Source: an uncultured Clostridium sp.
Lineage (GTDB): Bacteria > Bacillota > Clostridia > TANB77 > CAG-508
Assembly: GCA_948437895.1 (NCBI GenBank)
Contig: CAOJKK010000006.1
Coordinates: 1-57,128 of the forward strand
Reading direction: 5' to 3'
DNA length: 57,128 bases
The translations under genes were made by a program, and so were the position numbers. Below are positions 1 through 11,661 of this stretch, piece by piece (position 1 is the first letter of the stretch; the number at the start of each line of letters is the position of its first letter). The notes beneath the pieces are model-generated. The model was given only the letters and a program-made list of their open reading frames with translations. It was not told the DNA's origin and did no database searches.

Positions 1-368
1 AAAGAAAAGCAATAAAACATTTAGAAAGAGGAAGAGTAGTAATATTTGCATGTGGTACAGGTAACCCATATTTCTCAACAGATACAGGAGCAGCATTAAG
101 AGCAGCAGAAACAGATGCGGAAGTTATATTGCTTGCAAAAACAATAGATGGGGTATATTCAGCAGATCCAAAAGAAGATCCAAATGCAGTAAAATATGAT
201 GAAATAACATATTTAGATATATTAAATCAAGATTTAAAAGTAATGGACTCAACAGCAACATCACTTTGCATGGATAATCAAATACCATTAGTTGTATTTG
301 GAATAGATGAACCTGATAATATTGTTAAAATTATCAAAGGTGAAAGAATAGGTACTCTAGTAAAATAA
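1..368 (+). CDS. pyrH: UMP kinase (5'-truncated by window edge)
   Basis: Frame starting at base 3 reads [34 protein letters not shown]...DGVYSADP...LKVMDSTA; lies upstream of frr. Confidence 0.97.
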   Translation, partial: RKAIKHLERGRVVIFACGTGNPYFSTDTGAALRAAETDAEVILLAKTIDGVYSADPKEDPNAVKYDEITYLDILNQDLKVMDSTATSLCMDNQIPLVVFGIDEPDNIVKIIKGERIGTLVK

Positions 369-499
369 AATATATAGTAAAGAGTAGAGGATATGGAAAA
401 CTGACATCACCAGAGGTGCAAGTATGGGGATGTATCTTATCCTTAAAGAAAAGACCAGGGGGAAAGATGCGTCCCCTTACAAGAAAAGGAGAGAGAATT

Positions 500-1048
500 A
501 TGGATTATAATCATATTGAAGAAAAAATGGACAAAACAATTAATGTTTTAGTAGAAAACTATGCAGAAGTAAGAGCAGGTAGAGCTAATCCTGCAATATT
601 AAACAAAATAAAAGTAGATTATTATGGAACACCAACACCAATAAATCAAGTAGCAGGTATTTCTGTTCCAGAAGCAAGACTAATAGTTATACAACCTTGG
701 GATGCTTCTCTTTTAAAAGAAATAGAAAAAGAGATTTTAAAAGCAGAAATAGGAATAAATCCAAACAATGATGGAAAAGTAATACGCTTAGCGTTCCCTG
801 AATTAAATGAAGAGAGAAGAAAAGATTTAGTAAAAGAAATTAAAAAAATGGCAGAAGAAGCTAAAGTATCAATCCGTTCAGTAAGAAGAGAAGGAATTGA
901 TGAAGCTAAAAAATTACAAAAAGATAGTCAAATGACAGAAGATGAATTAAAATCAGCAGAAGATCAAATTCAAAAAATAACAGATGGAAAAATAGCTGAA
1001 ATAGATAAAATATTAGCAGAAAAAGAGAAAGAAGTTATGAGCGTATAG
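500..1048 (+). CDS. frr: Ribosome recycling factor
   Basis: RAGRANP, VDYYGTPTP, NPNNDGKVIRL motifs; ATG at 500 follows AAGGAG, so the ORF-track start at 416 is an over-extension. Confidence 0.97.
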   Translation: MDYNHIEEKMDKTINVLVENYAEVRAGRANPAILNKIKVDYYGTPTPINQVAGISVPEARLIVIQPWDASLLKEIEKEILKAEIGINPNNDGKVIRLAFPELNEERRKDLVKEIKKMAEEAKVSIRSVRREGIDEAKKLQKDSQMTEDELKSAEDQIQKITDGKIAEIDKILAEKEKEVMSV

Positions 1049-1054
1049 GTTATT

Positions 1055-1085
1055 AAAAGCAGAAATCAAGAGATTTCTGCTTTTT
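1055..1085 (+). terminator. Intrinsic terminator after frr
   Basis: AAAAGCAGAAATC-aaga-GATTTCTGCTTTT hairpin with T-tract. Confidence 0.8.
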
Positions 1086-1168
1086 AAAATAAAATAAACA
1101 TAAAAGACATTTTCAATAAGATATTTTTATGATAACATTAAATAAAATATTAAAGGAGGAAACAAAAT

Positions 1169-1921
1169 ATGGAAAACGGAAGAAAAATAAGTCTAGGAGT
1201 TACTATATGTATATTTATAATAATATTATTAATAGCAACTTTGATAGGAATAGTATATTATTACAATAAAAATGATGGAAAAATTGGAGGAAATGATAGT
1301 ACACAAATTAATGCTAAAGTAATAGAATCAAAATCAGAGAAAAAAGTAGATGAGAAACTTGAAATGAATAATAAAAGAGAGGAGTCTGTAAATAAAGAAT
1401 TTATAAAAAATGTATCACTAAATGGTACATTTCATGAAGTAGCTTTTGTATACAGTGATACTAAGGTTGTTGATGATATTAAATATGATCAAATAGATAT
1501 TCTATTTGATAGTAAAATTATAAAAACATTTTATCAAATAGCTAGACCAGGAGAAGAAAAAGAAACTCCAAAAGTAGAAATGATTTTGGGTGAAGATAAT
1601 AAAGAATATGCAATAGTAGAATTGAATACATATGAAAATTATGGAGCTACTAATTATTTTGTATTTATCAACGAATCAGGTCAAATTTTAGGTATATTAG
1701 ATAACCCAACTCAAACAGGAATATCATTTAATGGCGAAGCTTTAGTATATAAAATAAATAAAGATAATATGAAATTATATAAGGCAATATCAAGCTCAAA
1801 ATATAATCCTAATGCTGTTGCAATTGAATATGAAATAAGAGTAAATTCAAATATGTTAGATGTTTCAGTAACAAGGGTTTATTCAGAAAAAGAAGTTACT
1901 TTTTCTGGAGCTAAAATTTAG
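1169..1921 (+). CDS. Hypothetical N-terminally membrane-anchored protein
   Basis: 250 aa ORF, GGAGG RBS, one N-terminal hydrophobic segment; no recognised family. Confidence 0.8.
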   Translation: MENGRKISLGVTICIFIIILLIATLIGIVYYYNKNDGKIGGNDSTQINAKVIESKSEKKVDEKLEMNNKREESVNKEFIKNVSLNGTFHEVAFVYSDTKVVDDIKYDQIDILFDSKIIKTFYQIARPGEEKETPKVEMILGEDNKEYAIVELNTYENYGATNYFVFINESGQILGILDNPTQTGISFNGEALVYKINKDNMKLYKAISSSKYNPNAVAIEYEIRVNSNMLDVSVTRVYSEKEVTFSGAKI

Positions 1922-2054
1922 ATTATTTATTAATTCTAAAACAAGATATATTAGTGAAAGCTTTTTGAAAATTATTTTCAAAAAGCTTTCATTTTTTTTA
2001 TATATTATGATAGAATAGTAAAGACAAAAAGTATATATAGAAAGGTATTTTAAT

Positions 2055-2774
2055 ATGGAAAATATAGATAAAAATAACTTACCTAAACACATAGCAATAA
2101 TAATGGATGGAAACAGAAGATGGGCACAGAACAAAGGACTTGCAACAAGAGATGGGCATAAAGCTGGAGCAGATGCACTTGAAAATATATCAAAGTTTTG
2201 TAATGAGATAGGAATAAAGTATTTAACAGTTTATGCATTTTCAACAGAGAATTGGAAAAGAACTAAAGAAGAAGTATCTGCATTAATGGCGATACTTAGA
2301 ATATATGTAGATTCATTTTTAAAAGAGCAAGATAAACAGAATATAAGAATAAAGGTACTTGGAGACATATCGGAATTAAGTAAAGGACTACAAAAATCTA
2401 TAAACAAAGCAATAGAAACAACAAAAGATAATACAGGACTTACATTAAATATAGCTTTTAACTATGGAGGAAGACCAGAGTTAGTAATGGCTATGAAAAA
2501 TATTGCAAAAGAGATTAAGGAAGATAAAATAGGTGTAGAAGATATAAATGAAGAACTAATCTCTAATCATTTATATACAGCAGGTCAACCAGACCCAGAT
2601 TTATTAATAAGAACAAGTAGGGAACTTAGAACAAGTAACTTTTTACCTTGGCAATTAGTATATACAGAATTTTATTTTCCAGATAAACATTGGCCTGATT
2701 TTGGAGAAGAAGATTTATTAGAAGCAATAAGAGTATATCAAAAAAGAAATAGAAGATTTGGTGGAAGACCATAG
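2055..2774 (+). CDS. uppS: Undecaprenyl diphosphate synthase
   Basis: HIAIIMDGNRRWA, YAFSTENWKR, NYGGR, PDLLIRTS, RRFGG. Confidence 0.97.
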   Translation: MENIDKNNLPKHIAIIMDGNRRWAQNKGLATRDGHKAGADALENISKFCNEIGIKYLTVYAFSTENWKRTKEEVSALMAILRIYVDSFLKEQDKQNIRIKVLGDISELSKGLQKSINKAIETTKDNTGLTLNIAFNYGGRPELVMAMKNIAKEIKEDKIGVEDINEELISNHLYTAGQPDPDLLIRTSRELRTSNFLPWQLVYTEFYFPDKHWPDFGEEDLLEAIRVYQKRNRRFGGRP

Positions 2775-2784
2775 GAGTGATAAT

Positions 2785-3588
2785 ATGAAGGTAAAAAGGA
2801 TACTAAGTGGAGTAATAGGACTTCCAATTGTAGCATTAATTTTAATATTTGGTAATATATATGTAATAGATGTAGTATTTTCAATTGTTGCAATAATTGC
2901 AATACATGAGTATTTTAATAGCTTTAAAGAAGAATGCAAACCAGTAAGATGGCTAGGATATTTATCTTGTATATTAATTGCATTTATACATGTAATTCCA
3001 AGTGAATATTTGCTAACTACACTAGCATTATCGATAGCTATAATGATTGCAACGTTATTTATACAAATAGTTGTAACTAATATGAAAACTACAATAAAAG
3101 ATATAATGGTAACTTTTTTGGGAATATGCTATATAACATTTTTCTTAATGTTTATACCATTATTACATGGAATAGAAAATGGAAAATATTTAATTTGGTT
3201 TATTCTAATTGTAGCTTGGGGTACAGATACATGCGCATACTTTGTAGGAAGCAAATTCGGAAAACACAAATTTAGTAAAATTAGTCCAAAAAAATCAATA
3301 GAAGGATGCGTAGGAGGAACAATAGGTTCAGTAATAATTGCATTAATATATACATTTGCTACAAACAAACTAGCAGGTTTAGATATATCATACATATACA
3401 TAGCATTAATTGGAGCACTTTTAAGTATTTTAAGTCAGATAGGAGACTTATCAGCATCTAGTATAAAAAGAACAGTAGGAATAAAAGACTTTGGAAACTT
3501 AATTCCAGGTCATGGAGGAATGCTTGATAGAATAGACAGTATAATATTTATAGCACCATTTGCATATTTCTTAATATCATTAATTTAA
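2785..3588 (+). CDS. cdsA: Phosphatidate cytidylyltransferase
   Basis: ISPKKSIEG and IKDFGNLIPGHGGMLDRIDS signature; ATG 2785 after GGAG. Confidence 0.96.
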   Translation: MKVKRILSGVIGLPIVALILIFGNIYVIDVVFSIVAIIAIHEYFNSFKEECKPVRWLGYLSCILIAFIHVIPSEYLLTTLALSIAIMIATLFIQIVVTNMKTTIKDIMVTFLGICYITFFLMFIPLLHGIENGKYLIWFILIVAWGTDTCAYFVGSKFGKHKFSKISPKKSIEGCVGGTIGSVIIALIYTFATNKLAGLDISYIYIALIGALLSILSQIGDLSASSIKRTVGIKDFGNLIPGHGGMLDRIDSIIFIAPFAYFLISLI

Positions 3589-3612
3589 ATAAAAATAATA
3601 TGGAGGCATAAA

Positions 3613-4879
3613 TTGATTTCGTTTTTTATAAGTGCAATAAAAATTATATTTTTATTAGGTTTTTTAATATTCATACATGAGAGTGGACATTTCCTAGTTG
3701 CTAAAGCTTGTAAGATTAAAGTAAAAGAATTTGCAATAGGATTTGGACCAACAATTTGGAGGAAACAAGGTAAGGAAACAAAATATGCGTTAAGACTAAT
3801 TCCTTTAGGAGGATTTATTAATATGCTTGGAGAGGAAGAACGTTCTGAAGAAGAGGGTTCTTTTAGCAAAGCAAGTGTACCTAAAAGAATTGCAGTAGTA
3901 TTAGCAGGAGGAGTTGTTAATATTGTATTTGGACTGTTAGTATACTTTACATTAGTATCATCAACAGGAAACTATATAACTACAACAATAGATACAGTAG
4001 TTCCAAATTATGCAGCAACAGAAGCAGGACTTCAAGCAAATGATGAAATATTAAAGATAAATGATAAAAAAGTTAGATTAAAAAGTGATATAGATGAGCA
4101 AATTCAAAAATCTAATGGAGAAGATATATTACTTACAATCAAAAGAGAAAAAGGAATAAAAGATATAAAACTTACTCCAACTGTGGAGGAAACAAAAGCA
4201 ATTGGAATATATCTTGGAACTCAAGATAGTGATATGTCGGGAGAAATAAAAAGCATATATCAAAACTCACCAGCTGAAAAAGTAGGAATAAAAGCAGGGG
4301 ATAAGATAGTAAGTGTAAATGGAGAAGAAGTAAATGGAGATCCATATAAAATAGTTAATTTAATTTCTCAAAGTGAAAGTAATGACATAGCTATAGATAT
4401 TATGAGAGATAATGAGATTATGAGTTTTAATGTTACAGCAGAAATTCAAAAATCATATAAAATGGGAGTAACATTTACCTTAGCAGAAAATAACTTTGTA
4501 AATAATATATACTATGGATTTTGGGATACTGTAGATTTTTCTCTATCAATAGTAGATAATTTAAAAATGATGTTCTCAGGAAAAGTAAGCGCAGATCAAC
4601 TAATGGGGCCAGTTCGGAATATCAGAAGTAGTTTCTAAAACACAAGGAATAGTAGAATTTGTATACATGTTAGCACTTGTATCGCTATCACTTGGAGTAA
4701 CAAATTTACTTCCATTCCCACCATTAGATGGAGGAAAAGTAGTAATTTTAATAATAGAAGGAATAAGAAGAAAACCAATAAAAGAAAATGTCGAGATAGC
4801 AATACAAATGGCAGGATTTTGCTTGCTTATTGGATTATCAATATTTGTAACATATAACGATATATTAAGAATATTTTAA
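3613..4879 (+). CDS. rseP: RIP metalloprotease RseP (one +1 recoding site at CGG 4615; about 421 aa)
   Basis: HESGH zinc motif, PDZ domains, NLLPFPPLDGG; GTT-C-GGA at 4615 restores MGPVGI. Confidence 0.93.
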
Positions 4880-4915
4880 AGCCACATAAGATTATCAGGA
4901 GGATGAATAAACAAA

Positions 4916-7900
4916 ATGCTAAACGTAGTAAGAGATGTATTTAAAGACTATAAAGAACCAAATAATATATTAGATAGTAAAATAGAAAATATAAATTTAT
5001 TTAAAAAAAGTCATAGACTAGAAATAGATTTAATTACAGAAAAACAAATAACATTAGAAGAAATAGATAGATTCGAAGAATACTTAAAAACTAGATTTCA
5101 GATATCTACAGTAGTATTTAATCTAAAACACCAAGAAAGAGATGATAAATCTCTTTCTTTTGATGTCATAAAACAAGAATGGAATAAAATTGTTAAATAC
5201 ATTTCAAAAAAATATCCACTAACAAAGGCTATTTTGAATAATACAAGTATAGAGCAAGAAGGAAACAAATTAATAGTTTTATTAAATACAAAAAATGCAG
5301 AATTTTTATGTTCATATGAATTGGACAAGGTATTAGAAAGACTTGTAAGCAATATATATGGATTAAAATACAAAGTAGAATTTAAAGAAAATATAACGGA
5401 AGATGCATTGAAGAGACAATCAGAGTATTTAGAAGAATTAGAAAAAAGTGCATGCCAAGATTTGATGCATGAAATAAACATGCAAAATGAAATTGCAGCT
5501 CAGATGGAAAAACAAAAGAAAGAAGCTGAAGAACAACAACTTAAAGATGAAGAAGTGGGAAAAGTTCCACTAATATTAGGAAGAACAGATAAGATAAAAG
5601 ACCAAATAGTTAAAATATCTGATTTAACGCCAGACTATGGAAGAGTTGCAATAGAAGGTAAAGTTATAAGTGTTGATTCAAGAGAATTGAAAAACGGTAA
5701 AACACTTGCAATGTTTAACATATATGATGGGACAAGCACAATTACTTGTAAATCGTTTATAGATGCAGAAAAAGCAAGCACGGTTATGGGAAGATTAAAA
5801 GACGCAAAGAGATTAAAAATATCTGGAAATGCTCAATTTGATAATTTTGCAAAGGAACTAGGAGTTATAGCAAATATAATTATAGAAATGCCAGACATTG
5901 AAGTAGCAAAAAGAATGGATTTTGCGAAAGAAAAAAGAGTAGAATTACATCTTCATACTCAAATGAGCCAAATGGATGGCGTAAGTAGTGCAACAGATTT
6001 AATAAAAAGAGCAAGTTCTTGGGGAATGAAAGCAATAGCAATTACAGACCATGGAGTTGTTCAAAGTTTTCCAGAAGCAAAAAAAGCTGCAGATAAATTT
6101 GGAATAAAAGTTGTATATGGAGTAGAAGCATATTTAGTACCAGATGATAACGCTATTGATTTATCAAATGGAATGGATAATGAATATATTGTTTTAGATA
6201 TAGAAACAACAGGACTTTCATTTAGAACAGAAAAGATAACAGAAATAGGTGCTGTTAAAGTTAAAGATGGAGAAATTGTAGATACATTTGAATGTTTTGT
6301 TAATCCAGAAGTACCAATACCTCAAAAAATAGTTGAGATAACACATATAACAGATGATATGGTAAAGACAGCAGATACAATAGATAAAGTAATGCCTAAG
6401 TTCTTAGAATTTATAGGAAATCTAAAACTAGTTGCACATAATGCAGATTTTGATGTAGGATTCTTAAAATATAATGCTGAAAGTTTAGGACTAAAAATGG
6501 ATAATGAGTACATAGATAGTTTGAAATTATCAAGACAACTTTATCCAGAATTCAAGAAACACAAATTAGGAATAATTGCAGATAAACTAGGTATAACAGT
6601 AGAAAATGCACATAGAGCATTAGATGATGTAAAAACATTAGTGCAAGTATTTTTAAAGATGCTTGAAAAAGTAAATGATGAAGGACCTAAAAAAAGAGGA
6701 AAGAAAAAAGAAGAAAAGAAAGAATTATACAAAACACTTCCTGCATATCATGCAATAATACTTGTAAAAGATCTTAAAGGACTTAGAAATTTATATGAAT
6801 TAGTATCAATATCTCATTTAAATTATTTCTATAAAAGACCTCGTATCCTAACAAGTGTATTAGAAAAATACAAAGAGGGATTAATACTTCGGAAGTGCAT
6901 GTGAACAAGGAGAGCTATATAGAGCAATAGTTGCAGGGAAATCAGAAGAAGAAATAGAAAGAATAGCAAAAAGATATGACTATTTAGAAATACAGCCATT
7001 AGGAAATAATGAATTCATGCTAAGAAATGGAACAGTAGGAAGCAAAGAAGAATTACAAGATATAAATAAAAGAATAGTAGCTTTAGGTGATAAACTAGGC
7101 AAAAAAGTCGTTGCAACATGTGATGTTCACTTTATGGATCCAGAAGATGAAATATACAGAAGAATATTAATGGCAGGACAAGGCTTTTCAGATGCTGATG
7201 AACAAGCACCACTTTATTTAAGAACAACAGAAGAAATGCTTAAAGAATTTGATTATCTAGGAAGAGAAAAGGCATATGAAGTTGTTGTAACAAACACAAA
7301 TATCATATCAGACATGTGTGAAGAAATAAGCCCAATATCACCAGAAAAATGTCCACCAGTATTGGAGAATGCAGAACAAGATATACAAGATATTTGTACA
7401 AGTAAGGCAAAAGAACTATATGGTGAGGAACTTTCTCAAATTGTGCAAGATAGATTAAAAAGAGAACTAGATTCAATTATAAAAAATGGATTTTCAACTT
7501 TGTATATTATTGCTCAAAAGCTAGTTTGGAAATCTAATGAAGATGGGTATTTGGTAGGATCAAGAGGGTCTGTTGGTTCATCATTTGTAGCAAACATGCT
7601 CGGAATAACAGAGGTTAATTCACTTCCACCTCACTATAGATGTCCTAATTGTAAATACTCAGACTTTACTGATTATGGAATAAAAAATGGAGTCGACTTA
7701 CCAGATAAAGATTGTCCTAAATGCGGAGCAAAGCTTTTTAAAGATGGAATGGATATACCATTTGAAACTTTCTTAGGATTTAAAGGAGATAAAGAGCCTG
7801 ATATCGACTTAAACTTCTCAGGTGAATATCAATCAAAAATACATAAATATGCAGAAGTAATATTTGGACAAGGTAAAACTTTTAAAGCAGGAACTGTTGG

Positions 7901-9249
7901 TACAATAGCAGATAAGACAGCATTTGGGTATGTAAAGAACTATTATGAAGAAAGAAATATACCAGTTACAAGTGCTGAAATATCAAGAATAGTTACAGGA
8001 TGTACAGGAGTAAAAAGAACAACTGGACAGCATCCAGGTGGAATTATAGTTGTACCACATGGAAGAGAAATTTATGAATTTACACCAGTACAACATCCAG
8101 CAGATGACCCAAATTCAGATATAATAACAACACACTTTGATTATCACTCAATAGATAAGAACTTACTTAAACTTGATATGCTAGGCCATGATGATCCTAC
8201 AGTAATTAGAATGCTTCAAGATTTAACAGGAGTAGATCCAAAAACTATTCCATTAGATGATAAAAAAACAATGAGTTTATTTACATCAACAAAAGCATTA
8301 GGAGTTGAGCCAGAGCAGATACATTCTAAAACTGGTTCATTTGGAATACCAGAGTTTGGAACTAAATTCGTAAGGGGAATGCTTGAAGATACAAGACCAA
8401 CTACTTTTGAGGAGCTTATACGTATATCTCGGATTATCACATGGTACAGATGTGTGGCTTAATAATGCACAAGACTTAATAAAAGAAGGAACAGCAACAC
8501 TTAGTGATGCAATATGTACAAGAGATGATATAATGACATATCTTATAAAAAAGGGATTAAATCCTGATCATGCATTTAAAATAATGGAAGCGGTTCGTAA
8601 AGGAAAAGTAGCAAAAGGTGCCGAAGACAAATGGGAAGAATATCAAGAAGAAATGAGGGCACACGATGTACCAGAATGGTATATAGATTCTTGCCAGAAA
8701 ATTAAATACATGTTTCCAAAAGCACATGCTGTGGCATATGTAACAATGGCATTTAGAATTGCTTGGTTTAAAGTTTATCATCCACTTGCATATTATTGTG
8801 CATATTTTAGTATAAGAGGGGCAGATGACTTTGATAGTGATATAATGATATATGGAAAAGAAAAAGTAAAACAAAAGATGAAAGAATTAGAAGCATTAGG
8901 AAATAGTATGTCTGTAAAAGAAAAAGGAATGTATACAGTATTGGAATTGGTATTAGAAATGTATGAAAGAGGATTTAAATTCTTGCCAATAGATTTATAT
9001 AAATCACACAGTTCTAAGTTCCAAATAGAAGATGGAGCAATAAGACCACCGCTTTCTAGTATACCAGGACTTGGAGGAGTGGCAGCAGAAAGTATATATA
9101 ATGCTGTAAAAGAAGAAGGCGGAAAGTTCATGTCAATAGATGATTTTCAAATAAAATCAAAAGCTGGAAAATCAGTAATTGAAATGCTTACAAAAGCAGG
9201 ATGTTTTGAGGGGATGAGCAAAAGCAACCAAATTAGTTTGTTTGGGTAA
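4916..9249 (+). CDS. polC: DNA polymerase III PolC-type alpha subunit (two +1 sites at 6890 and 8430; about 1443 aa)
   Basis: PHP ([16 protein letters not shown]), exonuclease (LDIETTG, HNADFD), [17 protein letters not shown]; joins restore [14 protein letters not shown] and [12 protein letters not shown]. Confidence 0.96.
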
Positions 9250-9250
9250 T

Positions 9251-9306
9251 TGGGGACACTCCAGAGTGCACGGCAGTCCCCATGCGACAAAATGTCGCAA
9301 AGGGGA
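9251..9306. repeat. REP-like hairpin cluster after polC
   Basis: GGGGAC...GTCCCC hairpin plus TGCGACAAAATGTCGCA, a variant of the TGGGACAAAATGTCCCA palindrome near the RAYT gene. Confidence 0.6.
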
Positions 9307-9427
9307 TGGACTGTTTAAAATAATATTACAGAAGTATTACAAATTAGATATATTTATGTGTAAAACTACAAAATAACAAGTTTTATGATATAATTCTAAT
9401 AATAAAATAAATAAAAGGGGTGATATT

Positions 9428-10048
9428 GTGGAAGAAGAAAAAAATGTAGAACCACAAGTAGAGGTAGTAAACGAAACAAAAAAATTTGATTTCAAGTCAT
9501 TTAATTTTAAATCAATTGATTACAAAAAATATCTTCCATGGGCAGGAATTGCATTAGCAGTTATTGTCGTAATAATTATATTAGCATCAGTACTAGGAGG
9601 AGGACCTAAAAAAGCAGTAAAGAATTTTGTAAGTGGAATGAACAGCAAAAATGCATCAAAAACAGTAAAAAGTATGGATTTTGCAGGAATGAGTGCTTGG
9701 GGATATTATTATGATGAGGATGATTTCTCAAAAGATGATTACAAAGAATTTATCGAAGATTATAAGGATGTAGATAAAGACGATGTAAAAGAAGCATCAA
9801 AATATATGAAAGATAATATGAAGGATTCTTTTGAAGAGTGGAAAGATGAATATAAATCATTTAAAATCAAAATAGAAAAATTTAAAGACGTTGAAAAAAT
9901 AGGTAAAGATTTATATGTAGTAGAAGCAAAAATTTCAATGGAAGCAAAACCAAAGGATAAAGATGAAGATGAAATTGATGAAACAGCAACAGCAACATTT
10001 ATCGTATACAAAAATAAAATAATTTCTTTTGGAGGATTAGGATTATAA
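9428..10048 (+). CDS. Hypothetical membrane-anchored acidic protein
   Basis: 206 aa, GTG start after AGGGGTGA, one transmembrane segment. Confidence 0.8.
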   Translation: MEEEKNVEPQVEVVNETKKFDFKSFNFKSIDYKKYLPWAGIALAVIVVIIILASVLGGGPKKAVKNFVSGMNSKNASKTVKSMDFAGMSAWGYYYDEDDFSKDDYKEFIEDYKDVDKDDVKEASKYMKDNMKDSFEEWKDEYKSFKIKIEKFKDVEKIGKDLYVVEAKISMEAKPKDKDEDEIDETATATFIVYKNKIISFGGLGL

Positions 10049-10285
10049 TATAATAATGTTATTTAAGAGCAGTTATTGACTGCTCTTTTAACATGGAATA
10101 ATACATAAAGGAAGGCGTACAACAAGGCATCAAACAGGAAAAGAGAGAGAATAGAAATATCAGAATAAGAAATAAAAGAAATATGTAGGTAGATAATCTA
10201 ATATTATATAAAAAGGCGTAAATGAGTTTACATTTACGCCTTTTTAGTATATATTATATTAAGAAAAATATAGAGAGGGTGCTAT

Positions 10286-11661
10286 ATGAATAAGTTTGAA
10301 GAATTGAGAAATGAATATAAAGAATTTATATATAAAAGCTATGATATATCAGAAGAAACGGATAAAATAAAAATAGAATATTTTTTTGAAATACCTAATC
10401 TATCCGTATTTAAGCCTACAATAGAAATAGAAAAAAGAAATATAGATTTTAAAAGTATAAAAGGTGACTTTGTAAAAAACCTAGTTTTTAATATAGGAAT
10501 GATAGAATTAATTAGTTACTGGAAATCTGCTTGTCCTAAAAAAGTGGTTATAGAATGTGGCACATTAAATGAAGAACAAATAGCTTGGTTTAAAAAACTA
10601 TATTACCTCGGACTTCGGAGAATATAGATATATAAACAATATAGATGTATCAGCGGAAGATATGCTAGAAATAGAAATAAGAACAAAAGAAGAATATAAA
10701 TTGAATTATGAAAAAATTGATAAATCTAATTTAAGTGGAACATTAATTCCAATAGGTGGAGGAAAGGACTCTTGTGTTACAGCTGAATTGTTAAGTAAAG
10801 AAAGAGATAATAATCTGTGCTTAATAATTGGAGGAAAAGAGCCTTCAGTGAAATCTGCTGAAATAGCAGGATATGAAGATAAAATAGTATATGTAAAAAG
10901 AACTATAGATAAAAATTTACTTGAATTAAATAAGCAAGGTTTCTTAAATGGTCATACACCATTTTCTAGTATGCTTGCATTTTTGTCATATTTAATAGCA
11001 TATTTAACAGGTAAAAAATATGTTGCACTTTCAAATGAGTCAAGTGCAAATGAAAGTAATGTGGAAGGAGAAAATATAAATCACCAATATTCAAAAAGTT
11101 TTGAATTTGAACAAGATTTTAGAGAATATGCAGATAAATATTTAAATGCAGGTGTAGAATATTTTAGTATGTTAAGACCACTTAATGAGCTTCAAATAGC
11201 TATGCTTTTTGCAAAAAATGAAAAGTATCATAAAATATTTAGAAGTTGCAATGTAGGAAGTAAAAGTGTTCCATGGGAGTGGTGTGGAGATTGCCCTAAA
11301 TGCTTATTTGTGTATATAATTTTAAGTCCATTTTTATACAAAGAAAAACTAGTAGAAATATTTAAAGATGATTTATATGAGAAGAAAAGTTTATTAAACA
11401 CATTTATTGAGTTATGTGGATATGGAGAAACAAAACCATTTGAATGCGTACGGTACATATGAAGAAGTGAATTTTGCAATATCAAAAACAATACAAAGCT
11501 TAATAGATAATAATATTAAATTACCATACTTGTTAGAGTATTATAAAGAGAACTATAAATTAGCAGATACTATGCTAGATATAACTAAAAGATATAACGA
11601 AGAAAACAATTTAAATGAAGAATTTGATAAAATATTAAGAAGGGCGATTTTTAATGATTGA
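10286..11661 (+). CDS. murL: Probable UDP-MurNAc-L-Ala-L-Glu epimerase MurL (two +1 sites at 10616 and 11451; about 457 aa)
   Basis: GGGKDS PP-loop, NGHTP, SNESSA, NHQYSKSFEFE, WCGDCPKC, KPFECVG (restored by skipping C); overlaps the downstream murD-like gene. Confidence 0.8.

Noticed and set aside
416-499. N-terminal extension of Frr in the ORF track
   Set aside because: RBS and homology begin at ATG 500; the extension crosses a hairpin
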